From Terriglobia bacterium (GTDB lineage: Bacteria; Acidobacteriota; Terriglobia; UBA7540), in assembly GCA_035576145.1 (NCBI GenBank), contig DATLWV010000108.1:1-24000 (forward strand): 24,000 nt of DNA. The letters are read 5' to 3'. Below, in pieces: positions 9,678 through 17,562 of the stretch (position 1 is its first letter; each line of letters opens with the position of its first letter). The translations under genes and the position numbers were made by a program. The notes below the pieces were generated by a model that was not told the DNA's origin, ran no database searches, and saw only the letters and a program-made list of their open reading frames with translations.

Positions 9678-10391
9678 CTAAACCAGCGCAACAGCGCGGA
9701 TGGGCGAGCCCGATCCCGCACGGAGTTTCAGTGGCAGCGCGATGAACAGAAAGAATTCCGGAAGCTCGTCAAGGCGCGCGAGGTTCTCGATAATCAGGAC
9801 CTCTTTTTCGAGCAGCATGGGATGGACGGGATGGTCGTCAAGCGCTGCCGGAGGGTCGGGCGAAAGGGAATCAACCCCAACAGCCGCCACGGATTTGCTC
9901 ACAAGGTATTCGGCGGCATCCACGCTGACGCCCGGCCAGTCGTTAAGATAGCGTCTGTTATCCGGACTCAATCCCCAGTGTTCTGACCAGCCGAAATTGA
10001 ACAGCACGATATCGCCTGCCTCAATCGCGCCATGCTCCGCTTCCCAGTGTTGAATGAAGTGTGCTGAAATGTAATCGCCTCCCTCCAGGCCGCGGCAGTC
10101 GAGCCGCACACCGCGACCGATCAGATGGCCAGGCTCAATCTGCTCGATTGTCTTGTGCGCTTCAGCATTTCTATCGCTCACAAAGTGTACGGGCGCATCA
10201 ACGTGTGTTCCGTTGTGCTCATGCATCAGCACCTGGTAACTGAGCGACCTTCCCCCGAGCTGGTAAGATCCCCACAGGTTATGGAAAAACTTCGAGTGGG
10301 TGGGGAAATTTGGCATCCGTTCTTCGAGCGTCTGGCTCAGGTCTACAATGCGGGCCTGGCGGAGACTGGAAACCAAAGTTAAGAGGTCCAT
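9678..10391 (-). CDS. Cyclase family protein (kynurenine formamidase/metal-dependent hydrolase-like)
   Basis: 'ARIVDLSQTLEERMPNFP', 'HEHNGTHVDAPVHF' (HxGTHxDxPxH metal-binding motif), 'GVDSLSPDPP'. Confidence 0.85.
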   Translation of the reverse strand: MDLLTLVSSLRQARIVDLSQTLEERMPNFPTHSKFFHNLWGSYQLGGRSLSYQVLMHEHNGTHVDAPVHFVSDRNAEAHKTIEQIEPGHLIGRGVRLDCRGLEGGDYISAHFIQHWEAEHGAIEAGDIVLFNFGWSEHWGLSPDNRRYLNDWPGVSVDAAEYLVSKSVAAVGVDSLSPDPPAALDDHPVHPMLLEKEVLIIENLARLDELPEFFLFIALPLKLRAGSGSPIRAVALV

Positions 10392-10441
10392 GGTTCTACG
10401 TCCTTTCTTCAAAGGCGATTAGCCGGTTGAAGCCCAAGGCT

Positions 10442-11239
10442 TCAGCGCGGATTGCCAAGGTCCCTCGGACGAAAGATCATGGCAGCAGATTTCGCCACGG
10501 TCTCGCGGGGCCCGAAACGTTGGAGAAAAAGCAGAAACTTGTTCAGGAAGCGGGGAACCACCAACCCACCGCCGCGGTCGAGCGCGTGGAGCGCTTCCTC
10601 CACCACTTCTTCCGGCGATTGCATGCCACCGGGCATGTTGCGGACGCCGTAGTTTCCTGCCTCAAAAAAATTGGTGCGTGTGCTTCCCGGGCACAGCGTC
10701 ACCACGCGAATGCCGTGCGGTCGCACCTCTTCAGCCAGGCCCATCGAGAAACTTGTTACAAAAGCTTTGGTGGCGGCATAGGTGGTGGTGTAAGCCGTGG
10801 GCTGGAAGCTGACCGTCGAGGACACGTTGATGATGGCGCCCTCGCCGCGTGCGACCATGTCTGGCAGTAGAAGGTAGGTGAGGTCAACAAGCGCGTTGAT
10901 GTTTAACCGGACCATCGCCATCTGCCGGTCGAGCGGAAGATTCCAAAACTCGCCACGCGCGCCGAAAGCGGCATTATTAAAAAGCAGGCTGATGGATAGA
11001 TTTCGTTCCTTGAGAATTGCGGCAAGCTGCGGGGCCGCGTCGCGCACGCTGAGGTCCGCCGGAATAATTTCTACGTTGATCGAACAGTCCCGAACCAGGT
11101 CGGAGGCCAATTGGGTGAGTTTACCTTCCGACCGCGCTGCCAGTACCAGGTTGTGGCCGCGCCGGGCGAGGGCGCGCGCGAAGCATTCGCCAATGCCGCT
11201 TGAAGCCCCGGTAATGAGTGCGTAGCTGTCGGCTGCCAT
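10442..11239 (-). CDS. Short-chain dehydrogenase/reductase (SDR) family protein
   Basis: ALITGASSGIGECFARALARRGHNLVLAAR (TGxxxGxG), NNAAFG, and active-site YTTTYAATKAFV (YxxxK). Confidence 0.92.
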   Translation of the reverse strand: MAADSYALITGASSGIGECFARALARRGHNLVLAARSEGKLTQLASDLVRDCSINVEIIPADLSVRDAAPQLAAILKERNLSISLLFNNAAFGARGEFWNLPLDRQMAMVRLNINALVDLTYLLLPDMVARGEGAIINVSSTVSFQPTAYTTTYAATKAFVTSFSMGLAEEVRPHGIRVVTLCPGSTRTNFFEAGNYGVRNMPGGMQSPEEVVEEALHALDRGGGLVVPRFLNKFLLFLQRFGPRETVAKSAAMIFRPRDLGNPR

Positions 11240-11245
11240 TGCTCT

Positions 11246-12247
11246 TTAAGCGCGCCGCGAGTTTCTTGTTCCACGAGGTCGCAGGTTCTTGCCTCCCGCG
11301 CGTGGAAGCTTTGCATAGTCAGAATTGCGATGTCGCGTCCCGGTGGCCATCAGCATTTCAGCATCAGCGCGGGTTGCGATGCCGCCGCGTGCCCCAAGGC
11401 GCGTACAATTCAGCCCGGCCATGGCGTTTGAAAAGTCCAGGATCCGTTCGATATCCCATCCCTCGAGCAGCCCGTAAGCAAATGCCCCGTGGAAGATATC
11501 GCCCGCCCCTGTCGTGTCCACGGTCTCCACCACGAATCCAGGGGAATAAAAGAACCGCCCCTCGCTGTAAACCAGCGCACCGTCGCGGCCCAACGTCATT
11601 CCCGGAGCGCGGATTTTATATTCCCGCGCCATATATTCCAGCACGAGAAACGGGTCATTCCGGCCGGTGACAGCAGGCAGAAAATTGGCCGAGGCGATCA
11701 GGTAGTCGATCAACGGAAAAATCTGTTCCACATCTTTATAAACGGTGTCGAGGTCTGCGACGACAGGCATCCCAGCCTTGCGCGCCCATTTGGCCGCCTG
11801 GGCGCACGCGGCGGAATCGCACCCGTCAATGTGCAGGACCCTCGCCGAGGTGATGGCTTCAGGCTTTAATTCCTGCTGGGTAACGGCCAGGCGTTTGTCG
11901 CGGTCCCAGAAGACCGTCCGTTCGCCGGTGGCCTGGTCGACGATGATCAGTCCGAACTGTGTGGCGGCGCCGGGTGTGACATGGGTGTACTGGACATCGA
12001 GTCCTTCGTCACGGAGGCTCTGCAGCTGGAAGCGGCCGGCTTCGTCGTCGCCAACCTTGCCGATGTAACGCGCTTTGAGGCCCAGCCGCTGGCAGGCGAC
12101 AAGCGCCGTGGCCACCTGCCCGCCCGCCTGCCGGGACAGGGATACAACGCGTTCTTTCCCTCCCAGAGGCGGAAACTCGCGGACCATCAGCACCGTGTCG
12201 GTAGCGTTCAACCCGAGACCTGCAACGTCTGCCTTGTTTTGTCGCAC
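11246..12247 (-). CDS. PfkB family carbohydrate kinase
   Basis: 'GGKERVVSLSRQAGGQVATALVACQRLGLKARYIGKVGDDEAG' and 'DTTGAGDIFHGAFAYGLL'. Probable GTG start at 12247 with AGGAGA six nt upstream; the track start at 12274 has weaker support. Confidence 0.9.
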   Translation of the reverse strand: MRQNKADVAGLGLNATDTVLMVREFPPLGGKERVVSLSRQAGGQVATALVACQRLGLKARYIGKVGDDEAGRFQLQSLRDEGLDVQYTHVTPGAATQFGLIIVDQATGERTVFWDRDKRLAVTQQELKPEAITSARVLHIDGCDSAACAQAAKWARKAGMPVVADLDTVYKDVEQIFPLIDYLIASANFLPAVTGRNDPFLVLEYMAREYKIRAPGMTLGRDGALVYSEGRFFYSPGFVVETVDTTGAGDIFHGAFAYGLLEGWDIERILDFSNAMAGLNCTRLGARGGIATRADAEMLMATGTRHRNSDYAKLPRAGGKNLRPRGTRNSRRA

Positions 12248-12304
12248 CTGGTTTCTCCTGCAGGAACAAAGCATTGGATGCTATCGCCGATGGTCTTGAT
12301 CCTG

Positions 12305-12320
12305 CAACAAAATTTTGTTG
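12305..12320. promoter_or_regulatory. Perfect 16-bp palindrome, candidate operator
   Basis: CAACAAAATTTTGTTG is identical to its reverse complement and sits between the divergently oriented PfkB kinase and Gfo/Idh/MocA gene. Confidence 0.5.
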
Positions 12321-12508
12321 GGAGTTGCGCGCCGGGCGCTGAAGTGGCCAGAAGCTGTTCTTTTGTGTTTCAACGGCGAGGGTTTGTAGAGGCGATTTGG
12401 AATTCGAGTTCACACAGCCTTGTGTTATCTTGAAGGGTCGTCTTTAACGGTCCTGTTTCCCGCACTTGAATGGCGGGACCGCAAAGCCGGAGTTTCCTTG
12501 AAGGAGCG

Positions 12509-13603
12509 ATGATGGACAAGGTGAGGGTGGGTGTTATCGGATCGGCATTTGTATCAAACCTTCATGCGGAGGCGTTTCAGGAAGTTCATGAGGCCCAGCT
12601 TGTCGCAGCATGCTCTCCCAACAAAGACCATGTTGAGGAGTTTGCTCGCAAGTGGAAGATACCTGTGGCCGTGACGGATTACCGGGAGCTCATGGAGCGG
12701 AAAGACGTAGACGTAGTCGTGGTGGGCATTCCCAATGATCTGCACCGGGAGGTCGTTGTGGCTGCGGCCGAGGCCGGCAAGCACATCATCCTTGAAAAGC
12801 CCATTGCACACACGCTGGCAGACGCCGACGCGATGATTGCCGCCTGCAAGAAGCAGAACGTCAAGCTGATGTACGCGGAAACCATCTGCTTTTCGCCCAA
12901 GTACGTTCGCGCCAAGCAACTGGTTGATGAAAGGGCCATCGGCGATCTTTACATGGCCAAGCAGAGTGAAAAACACTCCGGGCCACACTCGGGTTGGTTC
13001 TACGATGTCAACCGCTCAGGCGGCGGGGCGCTGATGGACATGGGGTGCCACGGCATCGAATGGACCCGTTGGGTGTATGGCAAGCCAAAGGTCAAGAGCG
13101 TAACCGCCCACTGCCAGCTTGTTTATCACAAGGGAAGGACGCAGGGCGATGACAATTCTTTGGTGGTTGTTGAATTTGAAAACGGCGGTATCTCCGTGAT
13201 CGAAGACAGCTGGGCGCGCCACGGAGGCATGGATGATCGCGCCGACCTTTACGGGACCGAGGGGGTCATCCACTGCGACCTGCTGCGCGGCAGCTCCATG
13301 GAAACTTATAGTAAGAGCGGCTACGGATATGCCGTGGAAAAGGCCGGAGAAACAAAAGGGTGGACTTTTACAGTATTTGAGGAAGCCTACCTTTATGGCT
13401 TTCCACATGAGATGCGGCACTTCACTCGGGCAGTGCTGGGTGAAGCGGAACCGATGGAAACTGGCGAGGACGGGCGTGCAACACTGGAGATTATTTACGC
13501 TGCCTACGAGTCTGCCGCCACCGGCAAGCGAATCACATGGCCATATAAACCCAAAAATCCCGGCCAGGTGCCTGTAGCTCCATGGCTTAACCGGGAACGC
13601 TGA
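12509..13603 (+). CDS. Gfo/Idh/MocA family oxidoreductase
   Basis: VRVGVIGSAFVSNLHAEAFQEV (Rossmann), VVVGIPNDLHREVVVAAAEAGKHIILEKPIAHTLADADAMI (EKP motif), 'GGGALMDMGCHGIEW'. ATGATG start preceded by GAAGGAG. Confidence 0.93.
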   Translation: MMDKVRVGVIGSAFVSNLHAEAFQEVHEAQLVAACSPNKDHVEEFARKWKIPVAVTDYRELMERKDVDVVVVGIPNDLHREVVVAAAEAGKHIILEKPIAHTLADADAMIAACKKQNVKLMYAETICFSPKYVRAKQLVDERAIGDLYMAKQSEKHSGPHSGWFYDVNRSGGGALMDMGCHGIEWTRWVYGKPKVKSVTAHCQLVYHKGRTQGDDNSLVVVEFENGGISVIEDSWARHGGMDDRADLYGTEGVIHCDLLRGSSMETYSKSGYGYAVEKAGETKGWTFTVFEEAYLYGFPHEMRHFTRAVLGEAEPMETGEDGRATLEIIYAAYESAATGKRITWPYKPKNPGQVPVAPWLNRER

Positions 13604-13640
13604 CAGAGGTTTGCCGCAGGGACAAAGAGTGCGAAATCGT

Positions 13641-13677
13641 AAAACGTTTTGACACTCGAAAGGAAAACGTAGTAAAA
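13641..13677 (+). promoter_or_regulatory. Candidate LacI-type operator (AAAACGTTTT) overlapping a TTGACA -35-like box
   Basis: Perfect palindrome AAAACGTTTT at 13641-13650 with central CpG; TTGACA at 13649-13654; AT-rich stretch downstream with only a weak -10-like hexamer. Confidence 0.35.
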
Positions 13678-13792
13678 AGAAACATACCGTAATTAGGGTA
13701 AATTGCAGCCGTGTCTTTGCTGCATAAATCCTACACCGAACACGTACTCCAATTGAATTGTAAGTCTTCGTAAGTATGAAGGAGGCAGTAGA

Positions 13793-14875
13793 GTGAGCGA
13801 AATTCTAGATGGGCGAGGGCATCGGAGCTACGAAGAAATCATGTCAGAGCCCGGCGTCTGGGCGGCGACTTTGCAGGAGCTTGAAGAGAACGGCCGCTAT
13901 GACGAAGTTCTGAAGCCTCTTGACAAGGCTGATGAGTGGATTTTTGTTGGTTGTGGGTCAAGCTACTATGCGGCGCAGGCCGCAGCGTGGAGTTGGACCG
14001 CCGTCACGGGCCAGCGGGCAAAGGCCGTGCCGGCTTCTGAACTTCTGTTTTATCCGGACCATGTGCTGGGAGAAGGCAAGTGCCAGCCCGTCCTGATTTC
14101 ACGTTCGGGGCACACCACCGAGATGTTGATGGCGGCCGACTACCTGGAGAAGGAACGCAACATTCGGACTCTGGCGGTCAGTTGCGCGACGGAGAAGGAG
14201 CTTGAAAAACTGGTGACCTCCACTCTGCTGCTTCCGGCGGCAGATGAGCGGAGCACCGTGATGACCCGTTCCTTCAGCACCATGCTGCTGGGTTTGCAGG
14301 CTCTGGCGGGCTGGGCCAGTGGGCGCAAGGAATTTCTGGAGGCGCTCAATCAGATGCCGGGGCAGGCACAACAGGCGCTGGAGCGGCTGCAGCCCTGCAT
14401 TGAAAAGTTTGCCAGCTCAAACGAATTTGCCGATTACATTTTCCTGGGGCAAGGACCGTTTTTCGGGATTGCGTCCGAAGGGCAGTTGAAGGTGACGGAG
14501 ATGTCCTGCTCTTATGCGCAGGTTTTTCATACGTTGGAATTCCGCCATGGTCCCAAGTCGATTGTAAGCCCGCAAACGCTGCTGACTTTCTTCCTGGCGG
14601 AGAGCACGGGAACTTCCGAGCAGGAAGTTCTGGAAGAGATGAAAGAACTGGGCGGCACGACGCTGGTGATCACCAACCGCGCGAATGACAACGTTCGCCG
14701 CGCGGCCGACGTGGTGATTGAGCTGGAACTGGACGTTCCTGAGGTGGCGCGCCTGGCGCCGCACATTCTGGCCGCGCAGTTGATGGGCCTGTACCTGGGA
14801 CTCAAGCGAGGATTCGATCCTGACGAGCCGCGGCATCTGAGCCGTGTGGTTGTGCTGAAGGAAAAGGCTGAATAG
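13793..14875 (+). CDS. SIS-domain sugar isomerase/deaminase-like protein (AgaS/GlmS isomerase-domain/FrlB-like), no glutaminase domain
   Basis: GTG start with GGAGG upstream. 'IFVGCGSSYYAAQAAAWSW', 'LISRSGHTTEML', 'FLGQGPFFGIASEGQLKVTEMSCSYAQVFHTLEFRHGPKSIV', C-terminal 'FDPDEPRHLSRVVVLKE'. Confidence 0.88.
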   Translation: MSEILDGRGHRSYEEIMSEPGVWAATLQELEENGRYDEVLKPLDKADEWIFVGCGSSYYAAQAAAWSWTAVTGQRAKAVPASELLFYPDHVLGEGKCQPVLISRSGHTTEMLMAADYLEKERNIRTLAVSCATEKELEKLVTSTLLLPAADERSTVMTRSFSTMLLGLQALAGWASGRKEFLEALNQMPGQAQQALERLQPCIEKFASSNEFADYIFLGQGPFFGIASEGQLKVTEMSCSYAQVFHTLEFRHGPKSIVSPQTLLTFFLAESTGTSEQEVLEEMKELGGTTLVITNRANDNVRRAADVVIELELDVPEVARLAPHILAAQLMGLYLGLKRGFDPDEPRHLSRVVVLKEKAE

Positions 14876-14884
14876 GGACTCAGG

Positions 14885-15829
14885 ATGGCGCAATTCGACG
14901 TGACGGTGGCCGGCGAGCTGAACCTCGACCTTATCCTTTACGGATTGCCGGATGAACTTGAGCCGGAAAAGGAACTTCTGTCGAGCGATTTGGCCCTGAC
15001 CCTGGGAAGCTCTTCCGCTATCTTTGCCCACAACCTGGCGGTAATTGGCAACCATGTTGGCTTTATTTCCCGCATCGGCACCGACCCGTTGGGAAAGATC
15101 GCTCTGGAGCGGCTTGCCTCGGGCGGTGTGGATGTAAGCCATGTGCGAAGCGTGGCAGGAGCGGCCAAGACGGGACTAACCGTTATTGTCACGGGGTCTG
15201 GCAGCCGTCGGATTTTGACGTATCCCGGAGCGATGTTTGAAATGGGATACGACGACCTTGACCTTGATTACCTTCGCTCCGGCAGACACTTCCACCTTTC
15301 TTCGTTTTACCTGCACCGGGCGCTGCGGCCGCGCATTCCTGAGCTTTATGAACAGATGAAGCGGGCAGGGCTTGGCACTTCTCTGGATACCAACGACGAT
15401 CCTGACGACCGCTGGGAAGGGTTGGACGACGTTCTTCCTCTTGTGGATGTCCTGTTCGTGAATGAGCGCGAGGCGGTGAGAATTGCGCGCCAAGAAGCTC
15501 TGGAAGCAGCCGTCGAGAAACTGGCCGGCCGGGTGAAGATGGTTGCCGTCAAACTGGGGGCAAAGGGCGCGAGGGTGCGACGCGGCAGTCAGGAATGGAC
15601 GCACTCCGGTTATGCCGTAAGCGCTGTTGATCCTGTGGGCGCGGGAGACAGCTTTGACGCAGGATTTTTGGACCGGTACGTTCGCGGGGCCGACCCGCAG
15701 GCATGCCTGGCCGGCGGAAACCTCGCAGGCGCATTTTCAACCACGCGTCCCGGTGGTACGGAGGCTTTCCGCGAACAGCCGAAATGGCAGGAATTTTTAC
15801 AAAAGCATGGGAACGAGGCGGCAGCATGA
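14885..15829 (+). CDS. PfkB family carbohydrate kinase
   Basis: 'VTVAGELNLDLILYGLP', 'AHNLAVIGNHVGFISRIGTDPLG', 'DPVGAGDSFDAGFLDRYV'. Starts 10 nt after the SIS gene stop. Confidence 0.9.
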   Translation: MAQFDVTVAGELNLDLILYGLPDELEPEKELLSSDLALTLGSSSAIFAHNLAVIGNHVGFISRIGTDPLGKIALERLASGGVDVSHVRSVAGAAKTGLTVIVTGSGSRRILTYPGAMFEMGYDDLDLDYLRSGRHFHLSSFYLHRALRPRIPELYEQMKRAGLGTSLDTNDDPDDRWEGLDDVLPLVDVLFVNEREAVRIARQEALEAAVEKLAGRVKMVAVKLGAKGARVRRGSQEWTHSGYAVSAVDPVGAGDSFDAGFLDRYVRGADPQACLAGGNLAGAFSTTRPGGTEAFREQPKWQEFLQKHGNEAAA

Positions 15830-16671
15830 GAATCGATTTTCATACGCACCCGGTACTGATTCAGGAAATGGTGGACAAGTATCCGAATTATGCCCGCATG
15901 GCGCGGGACATTTTCCAGATTGGCAACAACTTTCAACCGCTGGAAACTTTCCACTTGCAGATGGACGTGGCGGGCATTGACCGTGCGGTCCTGCTGCCGA
16001 TCGATTGCGAAAGGGCGCGCGGCGATGCCGTCAGCTCAAATGAGCAGGTGGCGGAACTGTGTTCCACCAGCGACCGCTTCATCGGCTTTGCCAGCGTGGA
16101 CCCGCTGAAGACTGGGGCCGTAAAGGAACTGGAGCACGCCATCAAGAAGATGGGCATGAAGGGACTCAAACTCGACGCCGCCCTCCAGGATTTTGAACTG
16201 CGGGACAGCAAAGTGTACGAGCTTTACGAAGCAGCGGAGGGTTTGAATATTCCCGTGCTGCTGCACACGGGTATGAGCTGGGCGCCGGCCACGCTGATCG
16301 AGCGCGGCCATCCGATGCTGCTGGAAGAAGCCATTGCGCGCTTCAAGAAACTCAACTTTGTGCTGGCGCACTGGGGCTGGCCCTGGGTGTGGGAGGCTAC
16401 CGCTCTGGCGCTGAAGTATCCCAACGTTTATCTCGACACTTCGTGCCTTTACTACGACGGCCCGAAAGAGTTTTATCAGTTTGTTTTCTCAAAGCAGATC
16501 CCAACCACAGTGCTGGAGCGCAGCCTGCGCAACCGGATGGTTTTCGGCTCAAACTATCCGCGGGTCGAAATCAAGAACATGGTGCACGCGCTCTGCACGC
16601 TGGAGCTGACGGAAGCCTGTCTTAAAAAGGTTTTTGAAGAGAATCCCGGCCGGTTGCTGGGTCTCAAATAA
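15826..16671 (+). CDS. Amidohydrolase family 2 (metal-dependent TIM-barrel hydrolase/decarboxylase-like)
   Basis: MRIDFHTHPV (HxH), 'GMKGLKLDAALQDFELRD', 'IPVLLHTGMSW', 'VLAHWGWPW', 'VYLDTSCLY', 'RMVFGSNYPRV', 'NPGRLLGL'. ATG start overlaps the upstream stop (ATGA); the track start at 15703 is inside the PfkB gene. Confidence 0.88.
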   Translation: MRIDFHTHPVLIQEMVDKYPNYARMARDIFQIGNNFQPLETFHLQMDVAGIDRAVLLPIDCERARGDAVSSNEQVAELCSTSDRFIGFASVDPLKTGAVKELEHAIKKMGMKGLKLDAALQDFELRDSKVYELYEAAEGLNIPVLLHTGMSWAPATLIERGHPMLLEEAIARFKKLNFVLAHWGWPWVWEATALALKYPNVYLDTSCLYYDGPKEFYQFVFSKQIPTTVLERSLRNRMVFGSNYPRVEIKNMVHALCTLELTEACLKKVFEENPGRLLGLK

Positions 16672-16698
16672 GAGGGGGATACAAGGCGGGTAAAGGCC

Positions 16699-17130
16699 AT
16701 GATTATCAAGCTTGAAAAGATTAAAATCCAGTCGCGGAAGTCGGAAGAGGCCATCGACATTACGCCGAAAGTGGATGAGGTGATCCGGCAGAGTGGTGTG
16801 AAACAGGGGCTGGTGAATGTGATGACCTGCCACACGTCTTCAGGGCTGCTGGTGACTGAAGGCATTCCGTGCCTGGAAGAAGATATTCTTACGCATTTCA
16901 GCCGGCTGTTTCCTGAGGACGAGAACTACCACCACCGGCGTTATCTCGACTACGACGGGCGGCTGGGTTTCAATGCGGAAACACACCTGAAAAGCATCCT
17001 GGGCGGCATCAGTTGTTCATTTCCGATCGAAGACGGAAAAATGGTGCGTGGTTCTCGCCAGACCATCTACTTTATGGAATACGACGGCCCTCTGCAGAGG
17101 ACCTACATGGTGCAGGTGCTGGGCGAGTAA
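16699..17130 (+). CDS. YjbQ/UPF0047 family protein
   Basis: 143 aa with 'GLVNVMTCHTSSGLLVTEG', 'DILTHFSRLFPEDENYHHRR', 'HLKSILGGISCSFPIEDGKMVRGSRQTIYFMEYDGP.QRTYMVQVLG'. Confidence 0.92.
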   Translation: MIIKLEKIKIQSRKSEEAIDITPKVDEVIRQSGVKQGLVNVMTCHTSSGLLVTEGIPCLEEDILTHFSRLFPEDENYHHRRYLDYDGRLGFNAETHLKSILGGISCSFPIEDGKMVRGSRQTIYFMEYDGPLQRTYMVQVLGE

Positions 17131-17352
17131 ACACAAAAGACCTGGGGAAAGGCAGGGTCAGGTCAGGGTGTGAGCCTTTGTGTTGGAACGGGCAGTTATG
17201 CGGCAAAGCGCACTGATAGAAAACAATCGCAGGCATTCATAACGAAATCAAATTGACTATCGAAAACATTTCATGGTAAACAGAAAGAGTTAATCGGTTC
17301 ATAGATGACAGGCAGAAAGACTGAGAGCCTGATTTTATAATGATGTATTAGT

Positions 17353-17448
17353 CGGAATTATAATAAGAATTCCGGAATTATAACCTCAGCCTTACAAATT
17401 GGCGTGTCTGGTCGATGTTCTGTCGGTCACGCTGCAGGTTAACCTCAG
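17353..17448. repeat. Cluster of short direct repeats and palindromes upstream of the TonB-dependent receptor
   Basis: CGGAATTATAA at 17353-17363 and 17373-17383 (20-bp period); palindrome AATTCCGGAATT at 17368-17379; TAACCTCAG at 17381-17389 and 17440-17448; palindrome AGGTTAACCT at 17436-17445. Confidence 0.5.
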
Positions 17449-17562
17449 ACCAAAGCATCACATTATAGTTTCGGGGCTTTTCCCCTACAGCAGATCTGTC
17501 TGTATTTTTTCGCCTTCCGTGCGATTCAAGCGTCGGCGTGGGTCTTGATTCATGGAGGTTCC

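Noticed and set aside
17309-17340. CAGGC-N13-GCCTG followed by ATTTTA as a terminator for the YjbQ operon
   Set aside because: Only a 5-bp stem with a large loop and a short interrupted T-run; too weak to call.
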